Part shown: in pieces, positions 29,543-39,209 of the stretch | Numbering within the stretch: the stretch's first letter is position 1 | Layout of the letters: every line of letters starts with the position of its first letter | Virus record (IMG/VR): IMGVR_UViG_3300008451_000399 | Span: 22,412-86,411 of that record | Reading direction: 5' to 3' (one strand) | Origin: a virus | DNA length: 64,000 nucleotides | Notes under the pieces: model-generated | Seen by the model: only the letters and a program-made list of their open reading frames with translations | The model's database searches: none | What the model was told of the DNA's origin: nothing | Program-made: the position numbers and the translations under genes

Positions 29543-30261
29543 TTAAAATCCTTAGCATAATAATGTCTAGGGTTCTTCTCCTTGTGCAACTCCTTCAACT
29601 GCTTCACCATTGGAGTAAGAGCCTTGTAAGCCTCTAATTGCCCTGTACACAGTGGTCGATCATCAATCAATGTACCTGCTGCTTGTGCTGATAAAATGAT
29701 GTCACAATTAGCTCCAATCGCGCCAAAGTGATTTACACCATCGACTTCATCCACCACTTCACCCATCTTAATCTTATCAAGGTGACGTTGAATAGCATCT
29801 AAGTAGATTGACATAACAACTTCTGTTCCAATGTAGTTTGCCAAACCGTACTTCTCAGCTCCGTTCAATTTTCCAAGGGCTACATGAGCTGAAAACAAAG
29901 GACTAATCATTCCCATTGGGAGTGCATGTGAGCCTATTTGTGCTTTGGGATTCACTGCGTTAGAGTTTACTTCCACTTGCTCAGGTGTTCCTGTTCCAAA
30001 ATTCTTTAATAACACAAATCCTTGACTTTCCAAGTATTTCTCATAAGTAATTACCTTTGAGTCATATTCTCGCACATAGAATCTCTTAGGTGAATATTCT
30101 GGATGATCTCCACCAATAGATATACAACACTCGTCTGTGTAAGGTAGTGATTCAAACTTATTTTTAATACCACATTCAAGAAACCACACTTGATTAGCTT
30201 CTTCTACTGTATCTACTCGTACTACTGTGTCGTAATTCATAATTCCTCCTATTAATTCCAA
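29539..30261 (-). CDS. dATP/dGTP diphosphohydrolase-domain protein (DUF5664-like)
   Basis: NPK..IG, GAEKYG..NY, YLDAIQRHL, GE..D...G.NH and LIDDRP motifs in the C-terminal half. Confidence 0.75.
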   Translation of the reverse strand: MELIGGIMNYDTVVRVDTVEEANQVWFLECGIKNKFESLPYTDECCISIGGDHPEYSPKRFYVREYDSKVITYEKYLESQGFVLLKNFGTGTPEQVEVNSNAVNPKAQIGSHALPMGMISPLFSAHVALGKLNGAEKYGLANYIGTEVVMSIYLDAIQRHLDKIKMGEVVDEVDGVNHFGAIGANCDIILSAQAAGTLIDDRPLCTGQLEAYKALTPMVKQLKELHKEKNPRHYYAKDFK

Positions 30262-30560
30262 CTACGGTGACGTTCTTTTACAGATTCCAGACCATCGTAA
30301 TCGTCAATCTCCCACTCGATACCATCTGGAATTTCTACAACTCTTAACTCAGCATGATCACCACTTGCCTCATTAACACCCAGAGACTCTACAGCTTCTA
30401 CTAATAGGGGATCATTTCGTTCTGTCTCGTGGAGATATCCATAGAATTCTTTCTGACTCAACATTTCAATGGCTTCCTTACTACCACGATTTGCCATATA
30501 TTGCACAGCTTCTTTTGATAGTGAGAAGCCTCCAAAACACCGATTGATAACTACTTTCAT
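30252..30560 (-). CDS. conserved phage hypothetical protein
   Basis: VVINRCFGGFSLS...RNDPLLV.AVE.LG...WEIDDYDG.E; RBS supports start at 30560. Confidence 0.75.
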   Translation of the reverse strand: MKVVINRCFGGFSLSKEAVQYMANRGSKEAIEMLSQKEFYGYLHETERNDPLLVEAVESLGVNEASGDHAELRVVEIPDGIEWEIDDYDGLESVKERHRSWN

Positions 30561-30573
30561 AATTTCTCCTACT

Positions 30574-30759
30574 TTATTTAAATAAACTTTTAATGTTCTC
30601 ACAATCTATCAACTTAGGAGTGCGAATCGGATTGTTAGAGTATAACTCAAAGTACATCCGTTGCTTTGCAAACAGCCTCTGTTCAGGTGTAACTTCTTCG
30701 TAAGGTACATTGAATAATTCTGATGCATGTTGTCGGTGCAAGTCTATATGTTCACTCAT
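30574..30759 (-). CDS. small hypothetical protein resembling a PolA finger fragment
   Basis: DLHRQHASELFNVPYEEVTPEQRLFAK resembles the family-A polymerase D.H...A..lFgv....VT...R..AK segment; strong GGAGG RBS. Confidence 0.6.
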   Translation of the reverse strand: MSEHIDLHRQHASELFNVPYEEVTPEQRLFAKQRMYFELYSNNPIRTPKLIDCENIKSLFK

Positions 30760-30790
30760 AATTCCTCCTTCTGTTTAGTTAATAAATGAC

Positions 30791-30819
30791 ATTATAGAGC
30801 GTTTTCATGGGTGTGTCAA
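30791..30819 (-). promoter_or_regulatory. sigma70 consensus promoter
   Basis: TTGACA-17nt-TATAAT. Confidence 0.85.
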
Positions 30820-30825
30820 GCAATA

Positions 30826-31140
30826 TCAATGACATGTAGCCCAATTCGTCCCAATCATGTAACCTGCTGTCAGTTCCACATTCAACTTGTAATACTCTCC
30901 AGCTAGTCTTACAGCTTTAGTTGCAAGCTCCCCTGCACGATTATATGCTACATAGTACATCTTATCTGTGTGCATGACATCACTCCACACTCTGTCAGTT
31001 TGTGCCTCTTTAAATGCTTTAGCAGCAGCTTCTGCCTTCTTTTCGGCTTGCTTTCTCAACTCTTTATCACTACCTTCATACTCTATTTTAAACGTCTTAA
31101 ATTCAACGTCAGAGCGTCTTACCTCGTACTGCGCTTCGTC
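30826..31140 (-). CDS. DNA polymerase family A, exon 2
   Basis: Begins GAC GAA GCG CAG (DEAQ), completing motif C (AYH|DEAQ); ends GTNWATCH. Confidence 0.92.
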   Translation of the reverse strand, partial: DEAQYEVRRSDVEFKTFKIEYEGSDKELRKQAEKKAEAAAKAFKEAQTDRVWSDVMHTDKMYYVAYNRAGELATKAVRLAGEYYKLNVELTAGYMIGTNWATCH

Positions 31141-31383
31141 CTTGTAATTGTACACTCGTTACGTGTTTCGTTATTTTCATAACTAATTGGACTATATCAC
31201 CACCCTGACAGGGTGCTCACCGTTTCGAGTTCACTTGAACCCTACTCCATCTCTGGATAGTCTCTGGGCATTTAGGAAGCAAGCTTCCATTTAGCACAGT
31301 GGTTAGCGTAGCTCCCGCCTTAGCTTTCCCTGTTTAGATGAGTTATCATTTACAGATTACTCTGTAAAGCCACAACAATGTTT
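31141..31383 (-). ncRNA. ORF-less group I intron (IA2-like, 243 nt)
   Basis: 5' exon ends in U, intron ends in G; P1 CCAU/GUGG; P2 with GUAA loop; P3 CUCAUC/GGUGAG; R CAGAGACUA; S GAUAUAGUCC; P7.1, P7.2, P8 and P9 hairpins. Confidence 0.93.
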
Positions 31384-33528
31384 ATGGTACGCAATAAGCT
31401 GTTGACAGAAGTTTTTATTCTTCCAATCGTCCTTAAAGAAATCCACACTAAGCCCTTCATCCTTCAGCATCTTATCGTGGAGCACCATCGCACGTTTGGC
31501 AGCAATAACACCACAACTTTGAAACTGACTATTAACTACATTTCCTTTAGATCGAATAGGTAGCTTACGTCCATCAATACCGAGTAAGAATTTCTTCTGC
31601 CCAGTAGTCTCCCAATACTTCTGCATGTTCTCTTTCAACTGCTTTAGAGGATATGCTTGAGTCCAGAAAGCATTAAAAATAATATTACCTGTTTCTAAGT
31701 CGCAACCTACTGTCTTCGCTACTCGCTTTGGTTGAGCATTATAACTGCAACCGTACTTTACATTCTTAGCTGTTCCACGAGGAAATGGTCTTCCTAGTAA
31801 TTCAGTAATACTTGCAGCAAGCACAGAATGACAGTCATTAGGTTTCTCTGCTGTCAAGCTGTAACCGTACTCCTTGCCTCCTTCATACTTGTAAACAAAG
31901 GAAGCTTCAACTTTAGCCTCAAGGCTGTCGAAATCAAAAGCCATCTGAAGGAACCCGTCTTTAACATCCACTCCGAACAAACTGCGCATCTCCTTACCAT
32001 AAATACTTGTCGTTCTGCTAATATTTGCAACTTTACGGTGCTTGAACCTAGAAGTCCCAGCTCCGCAAGTATCAGCAGGTGTTGGAATCCTATGATCTAA
32101 GTTCAATCGCGGCTCACTTAGAAAACCCTTCTCAGGCTCTTCGTCATCTGCGTCAGGGTCTACACCTCCTCCAAGAATACTGTTACGTCTGTGAGTGTAC
32201 GTGAAGTAATCAGACACCAACTTAGCATGAGGAAACTTATCAGCAATCTCTAGCAAGTTAGGGTCAATCTCTTTCTCTTGCCCTACTGTCAGTGTCGGGT
32301 TAGTATAAACCTTCAAAGGACGTGAGATGTCATGCTTCATTAACTTCTCTCGCAGCTTCTTAGGAGTTGTCTCCAACTCATCACAACGGTCTTTACAGAA
32401 AGGACTACTTAAAGTCTGCTCTACGTACTTCTCAACTGCTGCTTCAAATTTCTCTCTACTAATCTTTTTCTTCTTTGAGTCACAAGTAAGGTCACGCTCC
32501 TTGTACTGCGTTGGAACCCATTTAAATTCTTGCACTAGCCACCCTTTAATGTGAGAGCTGTCTGCTGCACTGCTACTCAACTTACCAGCTTCGGTTGAAA
32601 TTAAAGGCTCACATGGAATTGGTAATGCCATACTCTTATCAAAGATTGTTGCTACCCACTTTCCATCTACTTCCTCTAGAGTTCCATTGTGCTTGCTAAT
32701 AAAGTTTTTAATGTGTGTACTAGGTTGCCCACTTTTCAAGAATTGAGTATTAGGTGGAGTGTACTCTTTCTGCTTCGTCTTCGGTAGAGACTTAGGTGGA
32801 ATAAGAGGTTCAACAATGTCACGTATTGTATCCATCTTTTCGTCTAAATCTCGTACACAGTCTTCGGCTTTATCTTTATCAAACCAGAAGCCTCTGTGCT
32901 GTTGTCGTGTAATGATTTCAGCAACAGCTTGTTCCAACTTAAAAGCATCAGTCCAATTCCAATCACCCCACTCTTTCATCAGAGCTTTATAGACTAAGTG
33001 ATTAACTTCTACGTCTCGAATGTTATACACAAGCATTTCTGGATGGTACTGTTTAAATTCATCTCCGTCAGAAGCATCCTTTCCAATCAGTCCCATCTCA
33101 ATAGCCTTGCTTCGCCAGTCAATCTTCTCAAGTCCTAGTGTCTTACCCCAAGCATCAATACTATGACCTCCATAGCGGTCTGGATTAAGAGCTTTTGACA
33201 AAATTAGGGTATCCCATATCTCTACAGGCTTACCATCTATCTTGTCAATGTCTCCTATTTCGTAGTCAATACCTAAGTACAATTTAATAGCCAACAAGTC
33301 AAAGTTGATTTGGTTGTGAGCAATAACCATTGTAGCTTGTTTAAAGAAAGCTGGAAACTTAGTTTTCACTTCGTCTTCTACGAATGTGTAAATCTTGCCA
33401 GTGTCTATGTCTTTAGCAGCTATACAGTGAATCTTAAACGTGTCTAAGAGTTTGTAAGGGCTGCTAGTATAGTCTACACTCGTGTGGTCGATGAAGCCAT
33501 TGCTCTCAATATCCCATACAATTCTCAT
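31384..33528 (-). CDS. DNA polymerase family A with 3'-5' exonuclease, exon 1 (spliced product 819 aa)
   Basis: WDIE, AHNQINFD, YNIRDV exonuclease motifs; AFDFDSLE (motif A); AKNVKYG (motif B); ends AYH. Confidence 0.93.
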
Positions 33529-33530
33529 AA

Positions 33531-34355
33531 TTACTCCTTTATAAATCCATAGTATTTAAGTTCTGCTTCTTCTCTTGCTTTTACCGCGCTATCATAACTG
33601 TGGAAAGTCCCTAAGTGGATTAACTTGTCCTCTGCACCAATAGCTGCAGTCCATGTGTTAGGTTTTACACAGTATACTCCTGTCCTACCAGATGTATTAT
33701 TTATTCTGATATTGGTATTGTAACCCTGCATATTTTTTGAGTCCCAGACACAATTTTCTTTGCAGTAGTTTCCATTGCAATCTTTTCTTTCTATAGTAAG
33801 ACCTTCTGGGCAATCACCCATGTCTTTGTAGAACTGTTCAAAATTATTTAACCACTCATCACATACTTTAATACCTCTTGCTCCGTACCTGTGATAATTA
33901 TCCTTATTAGGGTCATAACACCTTTGCTTCATTGCAGCCCATATTCCATACTCTTTTGTGCCTGTCTTTCCGTGTGTCTTATTTACTTCTCTAACAACTT
34001 CATCTCTAAAACATCCGCACGAAGTTGTGTGCCCTGAAGTTAATGCTATAGTTGTAGGATAACTGGTGTTACCACAGTCACATATGCACTCCCATTTAGT
34101 ATTAGCAGCTCCTGACTGTGAAACTCTCTTTACCACGGTTAGGCGGTTAAACTTATCCCCTGTAGATATTACTGCTTTCTTCTTAGACTTTAACGAATTA
34201 TTACGGATACTCTTGTAGTCCGTTATGCGTGTTACGCCTGAATCAAGAAATTGAATCTTAACACCTCCAGTTTTTACGCTGCAACTAATTATCTCTAGTA
34301 TAACGTAAGATTCGCCTCCGTTTGTTATTCTAATATCGCCTACTTTAAAACCCAC
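33531..34355 (-). CDS. free-standing HNH/AP2-type homing endonuclease
   Basis: WECICDCG, SCGC, W..MKQRC, YGARGIKVC..W, TIERKDCNGNY..ENC.W, C-terminal AP2-like LGTF...AVKAR. Confidence 0.9.
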   Translation of the reverse strand: MGFKVGDIRITNGGESYVILEIISCSVKTGGVKIQFLDSGVTRITDYKSIRNNSLKSKKKAVISTGDKFNRLTVVKRVSQSGAANTKWECICDCGNTSYPTTIALTSGHTTSCGCFRDEVVREVNKTHGKTGTKEYGIWAAMKQRCYDPNKDNYHRYGARGIKVCDEWLNNFEQFYKDMGDCPEGLTIERKDCNGNYCKENCVWDSKNMQGYNTNIRINNTSGRTGVYCVKPNTWTAAIGAEDKLIHLGTFHSYDSAVKAREEAELKYYGFIKE

Positions 34356-34380
34356 TATATACTCCTTGTGTCAAAATATA

Positions 34381-34409
34381 ATTATAGCATATTTAGGATG
34401 CCAAGTCAA
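34381..34409 (-). promoter_or_regulatory. sigma70 promoter with extended -10 for HNH and polymerase
   Basis: TTGACT-17nt(TGc)-TATAAT. Confidence 0.8.
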
Positions 34410-34428
34410 CTGTATTATCGTAACTTAA

Positions 34429-35574
34429 TTATTCATTATCCAAATTCCCAAGCAAAAGCTCTACCAAAGGCTCTAACAACTCCTCAGCAGCTTCTTCCCA
34501 AGCTTCGTCTAAAGAACTTTCATTACCATAAGTGTAGAATACCTTTTGTCGAAATTCAAAAGCATATCTAGCAGAGTGACAACCTAATCCAAAGTTAGTA
34601 GGTGCTTCGCTGATAAACTTAAGTCCAAGTGCTTCTGCAATATCTACTTTAGTTAGTTTCATTATCACTCTCCAATAGTTTAAGTAGAAGCGTAATATTA
34701 CTCGCTAAATGGTTTCCATCAACAGAATATCTCTGAGAAGGAGGGATGTTGTCATTTTCTTCGTATTTTGAAGTTTCTTGCAAAGAAAGCTCCAAAAATT
34801 GCTTAATTTGTTGTACGTTCATTTCTTCTCCTCAATAGTATAACACATAAATTCCATATAGAAAGCTTCTACAAGAAAATAAGTAGCTTTGGTATAATTG
34901 TCTGTGTATGCGTAATAGGCTCCAGAGAATAAGCAGACAATGTTTAAGATTTTGAATAAGTGGTACATTATTTGTTGTCCACTAACTCAAAATCATTAAT
35001 CCATCTCCCACGCTCTACACCCAAACGCTTCATGACAACAGCCATTACAGCGTCTTCAAATTCTTGTTGTGATGAGAATACAATCATGTCAGGAATTTCG
35101 TAAGACTCTTCAAATCTCGTATGCTCAAACCATCTATTTACACCTTCATCAGATCGTATCATGTAGTTCAATCCATCGTTGTGCAATACTTTATAGGAAT
35201 TATCGCTAGTTAAATCGCCATCCCAACCACTACTATCAATACACTTCACGTATTTAGCCATTTTGTTTAGCCTCCTTAATTAACATTTCCAAGTGAGCTG
35301 CCATGTCTTCGTAGGTATAATATTTACCAGCTTTTTCATCATCCGTATAGCTGGTCGGTTCTCCAATATCCCTCATACCCTGATTAGCAAACTCCAAAGC
35401 TTTCTTCAACATTTCCTCTGCTGAGGGTTTTGGAGGCTTACATTTCGGCATAGGAGGGTAGTGCGTAGGTGATGGCACAGAGAATTCCAATGTGGCTCTA
35501 TCATCATGTACACAAAGATCACCTCTGTCAGTATCACCTATACTGTGTAATTTATTTACTTTCATGTAGTCCAT
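34429..35574 (-). other. small hypothetical ORFs (34429-34668, 34968-35261, 35254-35574)
   Basis: Packed ORFs with RBS. Confidence 0.55.
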
Positions 35575-35587
35575 GTCAGTTAATCTC

Positions 35588-36151
35588 CTAGTCTAAAATT
35601 GTTTTAGCCATTGCATCGAAGCTTCCATAATACGTCATCTCAGGAAACTTAGCAAGAATTTTCTGAATATATTGATGCTCATTGTTGTAAATGTCATTCG
35701 TTTTGTAAATAGCTTTAAACTTCACAGAACGTAAGAAGTCTTTACCGTAATGAGCTTTACCATTCTTCCACCAAGCTTTACAAATACTCAAAGGAAACTT
35801 ATCTATGACACTGTTCCACGTTGGCTTACTCATACGCATAAGTTGTACCTTAACACCGTGAATAGAAGTTTCATACACAGCTTTTAGGTAAGGATTTTTC
35901 TTATACCACTCTGGGATATTCCCTCCAAGTTTTGTCTCAGTGATTTCAAAACCAGCTTTCTTTAACATATCTTCCATACGATACATAGTAGAAACTTGTG
36001 GACAATGAAAGAACAAGTCAATATCAGAAGCTTCTTTATCAAAGTACCAATCACGCACAGCTCCTCCAGCTACGATGCTGTAAGGGTCTATTAAATACAT
36101 CATGTCAAGTGCTTTGTTGGCTGCTTCTTTTTGTATATCTATTGTATTCAT
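35588..36151 (-). CDS. nucleotidyltransferase (CCA-adding/poly(A) polymerase head-like)
   Basis: IVAGGAVRD...SDIDLF pol-beta-family signature. Confidence 0.85.
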   Translation of the reverse strand: MNTIDIQKEAANKALDMMYLIDPYSIVAGGAVRDWYFDKEASDIDLFFHCPQVSTMYRMEDMLKKAGFEITETKLGGNIPEWYKKNPYLKAVYETSIHGVKVQLMRMSKPTWNSVIDKFPLSICKAWWKNGKAHYGKDFLRSVKFKAIYKTNDIYNNEHQYIQKILAKFPEMTYYGSFDAMAKTILD

Positions 36152-36799
36152 AAAATCTCCAAAAGTCTAGTATTATTACGATAGTATTCTGCTACCCACT
36201 CTTTAGGAATCTCTTTACCAGCTTCCAAATAACGTATCACAGCTTCTTGTATTTCTTTCTGACGATGTTCTAAAACAATGAATTCTGGTCGTAGTCCTAG
36301 TGGTGGCTTCTCAACTACGTCATTTGACAAAACTTCCTCAAATCTCTCTTTAAAGAATGTAGACTCTTTGCCCCCATCGTCAACTATCCAAATACAACCT
36401 TGATTTCCTAAGTATGGTTTGCTCTCTTTGTAAATCTTACCTTTTGTGATAAGACCTTCGTGAGTTTCTAGTGCTTTAAATTGTCGCATATCAATCCTTC
36501 TTAACTAACATTAATAAATAACTATCTCTACTATCATTCATCCTAATCTCCTCTTTAATAGCCTTCTGAATTGCTGCTAATTGTTTGAGGGATTTGGAGT
36601 TCTTTTGAACACTCTCTAGTTTCCTAGTTTTGTCTGCGTAGAGAGCTTTAAGATACATAGAGTTATCTCCAAGACATAAATCTGAAATCTCCATGTTAAT
36701 CAATCTGAGTTTATCTTTTAATACACCTTGATTATATGTTAACTCGTTAATAAGCTCTTTATTCCTTGCAAGCATTGATTGTAATATGCTAGTTTTCAT
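36148..36799 (-). other. two hypothetical ORFs (36148-36489, 36491-36799)
   Basis: Abutting ORFs. Confidence 0.6.
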
Positions 36800-36808
36800 T
36801 TGTTCTCC

Positions 36809-37705
36809 TTATTTATTAAACTCAGGGAATATTGTAGCGAAATATTCTTTGATTGTCAAATTATTTTGTCCATAATAAACAGTATCACCACTCCTACTGC
36901 TTGGTGCAAAGTATCTCTGAACAGCATTAATATAAAAACTGTATTCATGTTGATATGTGGTATCCCAATCCTTTACGAATCGCTTCACATTTAATTGTTC
37001 TAGAGCAAGGTTATCGAATGAGACAATATCAAAAATCTTAAACAACTCGTGTATTTGTCTGTACCATTTACGATGCGAAGCAGAAACAATTTTGACTTTA
37101 CCTAAATTGAACCCAAAATCTTTCTCTCCTAATACAAGAATCTTCTTAACTCCATTGTCACGTAATTTCTTAACATCTTCGATGTCATCAATACCAGCAA
37201 TTACGTGCACAACCATGTTAGAGTATTGCGTCAAAGCTACTGGAATATCTCTCATACCTTTACGATAACTGATACCTAAGCCTTTTACAGCTTTACTGAG
37301 AATTGCCAAGTGAATGTTGATAATATCTCTGTGTACCAACCCTTGATTAACTGTCAGATTCACAACAAAGCCCTTATCTCGACATTTATACAAAAACTTA
37401 AGTAATTCATCTGTAACTTCGTTAGCTCCAATAGCAAGCTCTATGCCAGATGGAAGGTTTTTAAGAACTTCAAACAACTCTGTAAGATTAGCATCACTAC
37501 CATCTGTTGTTGCAGATTCATGACAGAATCCACAAATAGCTTTTCCTGTAGATTTGTTCAAACCAAATGCGCATTTCTCTGACACTCGTATATCAATGTT
37601 TAAAGGATATGTAAGTTTAATATCTCCCTCACACTCAATAACACGAGTACCATCATTGTACAATTTAATATCTGCGTTTCCATTTTGGTAGTGATGTAAC
37701 AACAT
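36809..37705 (-). CDS. radical SAM-like protein with CX12CX2C motif
   Basis: IDIRVSEKC-AFGLNKSTGKAI-CGFCHES, ELAIG, NLTVNQ, GLGIS, SFDNLALEQL. Confidence 0.8.
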   Translation of the reverse strand: MLLHHYQNGNADIKLYNDGTRVIECEGDIKLTYPLNIDIRVSEKCAFGLNKSTGKAICGFCHESATTDGSDANLTELFEVLKNLPSGIELAIGANEVTDELLKFLYKCRDKGFVVNLTVNQGLVHRDIINIHLAILSKAVKGLGISYRKGMRDIPVALTQYSNMVVHVIAGIDDIEDVKKLRDNGVKKILVLGEKDFGFNLGKVKIVSASHRKWYRQIHELFKIFDIVSFDNLALEQLNVKRFVKDWDTTYQHEYSFYINAVQRYFAPSSRSGDTVYYGQNNLTIKEYFATIFPEFNK

Positions 37706-37722
37706 TATTTCTCCTCTCTCTA

Positions 37723-38172
37723 TTAATGGTTGTCGTTGTCAGTTTCAATCCAAGAACTACTATCAAAGATAAATGACTTCAATAATGATTTATCTTCAAA
37801 AATGTAGTGCAAGTCAGCACTTTCTACAGATTGGTGGTCAATATACCCGTAGCCATCGTTCCATTTCTTCCCAAATACTTCATGCGTTACAGCACCAGCT
37901 CCTGTGTGCTCACATACAACCTCTTGCAAAGTTTTTATAAACTCATCCCTCTTGTCTCCACTCCAATCCATCGCATAAATGTAAGCGTATGCTAAACGAG
38001 CTTCGGGATATGAATATGTTTCTTGACTCCAACCAAACTCATGAGAATCGTCTACAATAATTAGATTATCCTCATTTGGTGTGATTCCATCGTAAGTTCC
38101 ACTTGCACCAATTGACAGACTGTGGCATGAGCTACTGTTTGTTTCAAATACTCCGTGACGTACTAATTTCAT
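37723..38172 (-). CDS. conserved phage protein with N-terminal FETNSSSxHS motif
   Basis: VRHGVFETNSSSCHS, FGW, YIDHQS and terminal DNDN. Confidence 0.8.
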   Translation of the reverse strand: MKLVRHGVFETNSSSCHSLSIGASGTYDGITPNEDNLIIVDDSHEFGWSQETYSYPEARLAYAYIYAMDWSGDKRDEFIKTLQEVVCEHTGAGAVTHEVFGKKWNDGYGYIDHQSVESADLHYIFEDKSLLKSFIFDSSSWIETDNDNH

Positions 38173-38182
38173 TATTTTCTCC

Positions 38183-38506
38183 TTATTTCAATTCTTTAGG
38201 AATCTTGGGGCAGTTATTATGTTCCCACCATTCACTACCGTCATATTCTCCACGACTACTCCAAGTACCACCTACATACCAGATCGTGCCATATAACTCT
38301 TGTCCACCAAACCCTGAGTCATACACAAAATCTAAAGAGGACAAGAATTTCTCGTAATCTTCGTCTGAGTAACCAACCTTCAATCGACATACATCTATGT
38401 CTTCATCGTCGTAGATGTAGCCAATCTGTACTTCAGCAGCTTTAACTATCTTCTTGGAATCTTTTATGTGCATTAAAAACTCTTCTTTAGCATTTTTGTC
38501 ACTCAT
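38183..38506 (-). CDS. conserved phage hypothetical protein
   Basis: YDSGFGGQELYGTIW...GTWSSRGEYDGSEWW. Confidence 0.75.
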   Translation of the reverse strand: MSDKNAKEEFLMHIKDSKKIVKAAEVQIGYIYDDEDIDVCRLKVGYSDEDYEKFLSSLDFVYDSGFGGQELYGTIWYVGGTWSSRGEYDGSEWWEHNNCPKIPKELK

Positions 38507-38732
38507 TATATTCTCCTCAGTCTGTCACAACAATCTTCAAACCATCGAACCCATAAACTGCAGGGAATCTATCCATACAGTCACTAGAAACCACTTTTGT
38601 AATGTCTGTAATAGTGATGTTCTTTGGAGTATATCCTAAGTCTTGAATAACAAGTTGCTTTAATTGCTCCATGTTTAAAGTGAATGTTTTAGTTGTTCCT
38701 ACGCTATTTAAAATTGACATTTGTTTTCTCCT

Positions 38733-39143
38733 TTATTCCGCTAATAAATTCATCTGCTTAGAATACTTCAAAACACGCTTCATGTCAAGTCGTTTCAAGC
38801 TTTCATTTAAATTGCATTGTGTGTCATGCATCTTGACAATCTTGGCAAGAGCATTCCCTTTCACCTTAGCAATGTAGTCTTCGTAGCTTTCGTCAGCTAC
38901 TTTTGTAATAGCTCGCACAGCATTAACAACATTATCTTCAAACAATCCGTACAATACATCTAAGCTACAATTCGTATCTTCAAGAATATCATGGAGAATA
39001 GCAATAATTGGGAGTCTGTCGTCAACGTGACAGCTCACACTATCTGCTACAGCTAGTAGATGCACAGTATAAGGCTCATTGCCATACTTTTGTCCAGAGT
39101 GAAATTTTGTTGCGATTGTTAGGGCTAGTTCGTAGTCTGTCAT
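38733..39143 (-). CDS. stand-alone HD hydrolase (RelA/SpoT-HD, Mesh1-like)
   Basis: H.GQ.Y...PY..H, AILHDILEDT, VK..D...N; AGGAG RBS supports start at 39143. Confidence 0.88.
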   Translation of the reverse strand: MTDYELALTIATKFHSGQKYGNEPYTVHLLAVADSVSCHVDDRLPIIAILHDILEDTNCSLDVLYGLFEDNVVNAVRAITKVADESYEDYIAKVKGNALAKIVKMHDTQCNLNESLKRLDMKRVLKYSKQMNLLAE

Positions 39144-39171
39144 GATGTCTCCTGTAAATTGAACAGACTCT

Positions 39172-39200
39172 ACTTTATAGGAGTTGGTAGAATCTGTCAA
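39172..39200 (-). promoter_or_regulatory. sigma70-like promoter
   Basis: TTGACA-17nt-TAAAGT. Confidence 0.6.
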
Positions 39201-39209
39201 GAGGTTTGT

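Noticed and set aside
30826-33528. Polymerase as two separate genes, a pseudogene or an intein-split gene
   Set aside because: The gap has a full group I intron structure and splicing restores the HDE motif in frame
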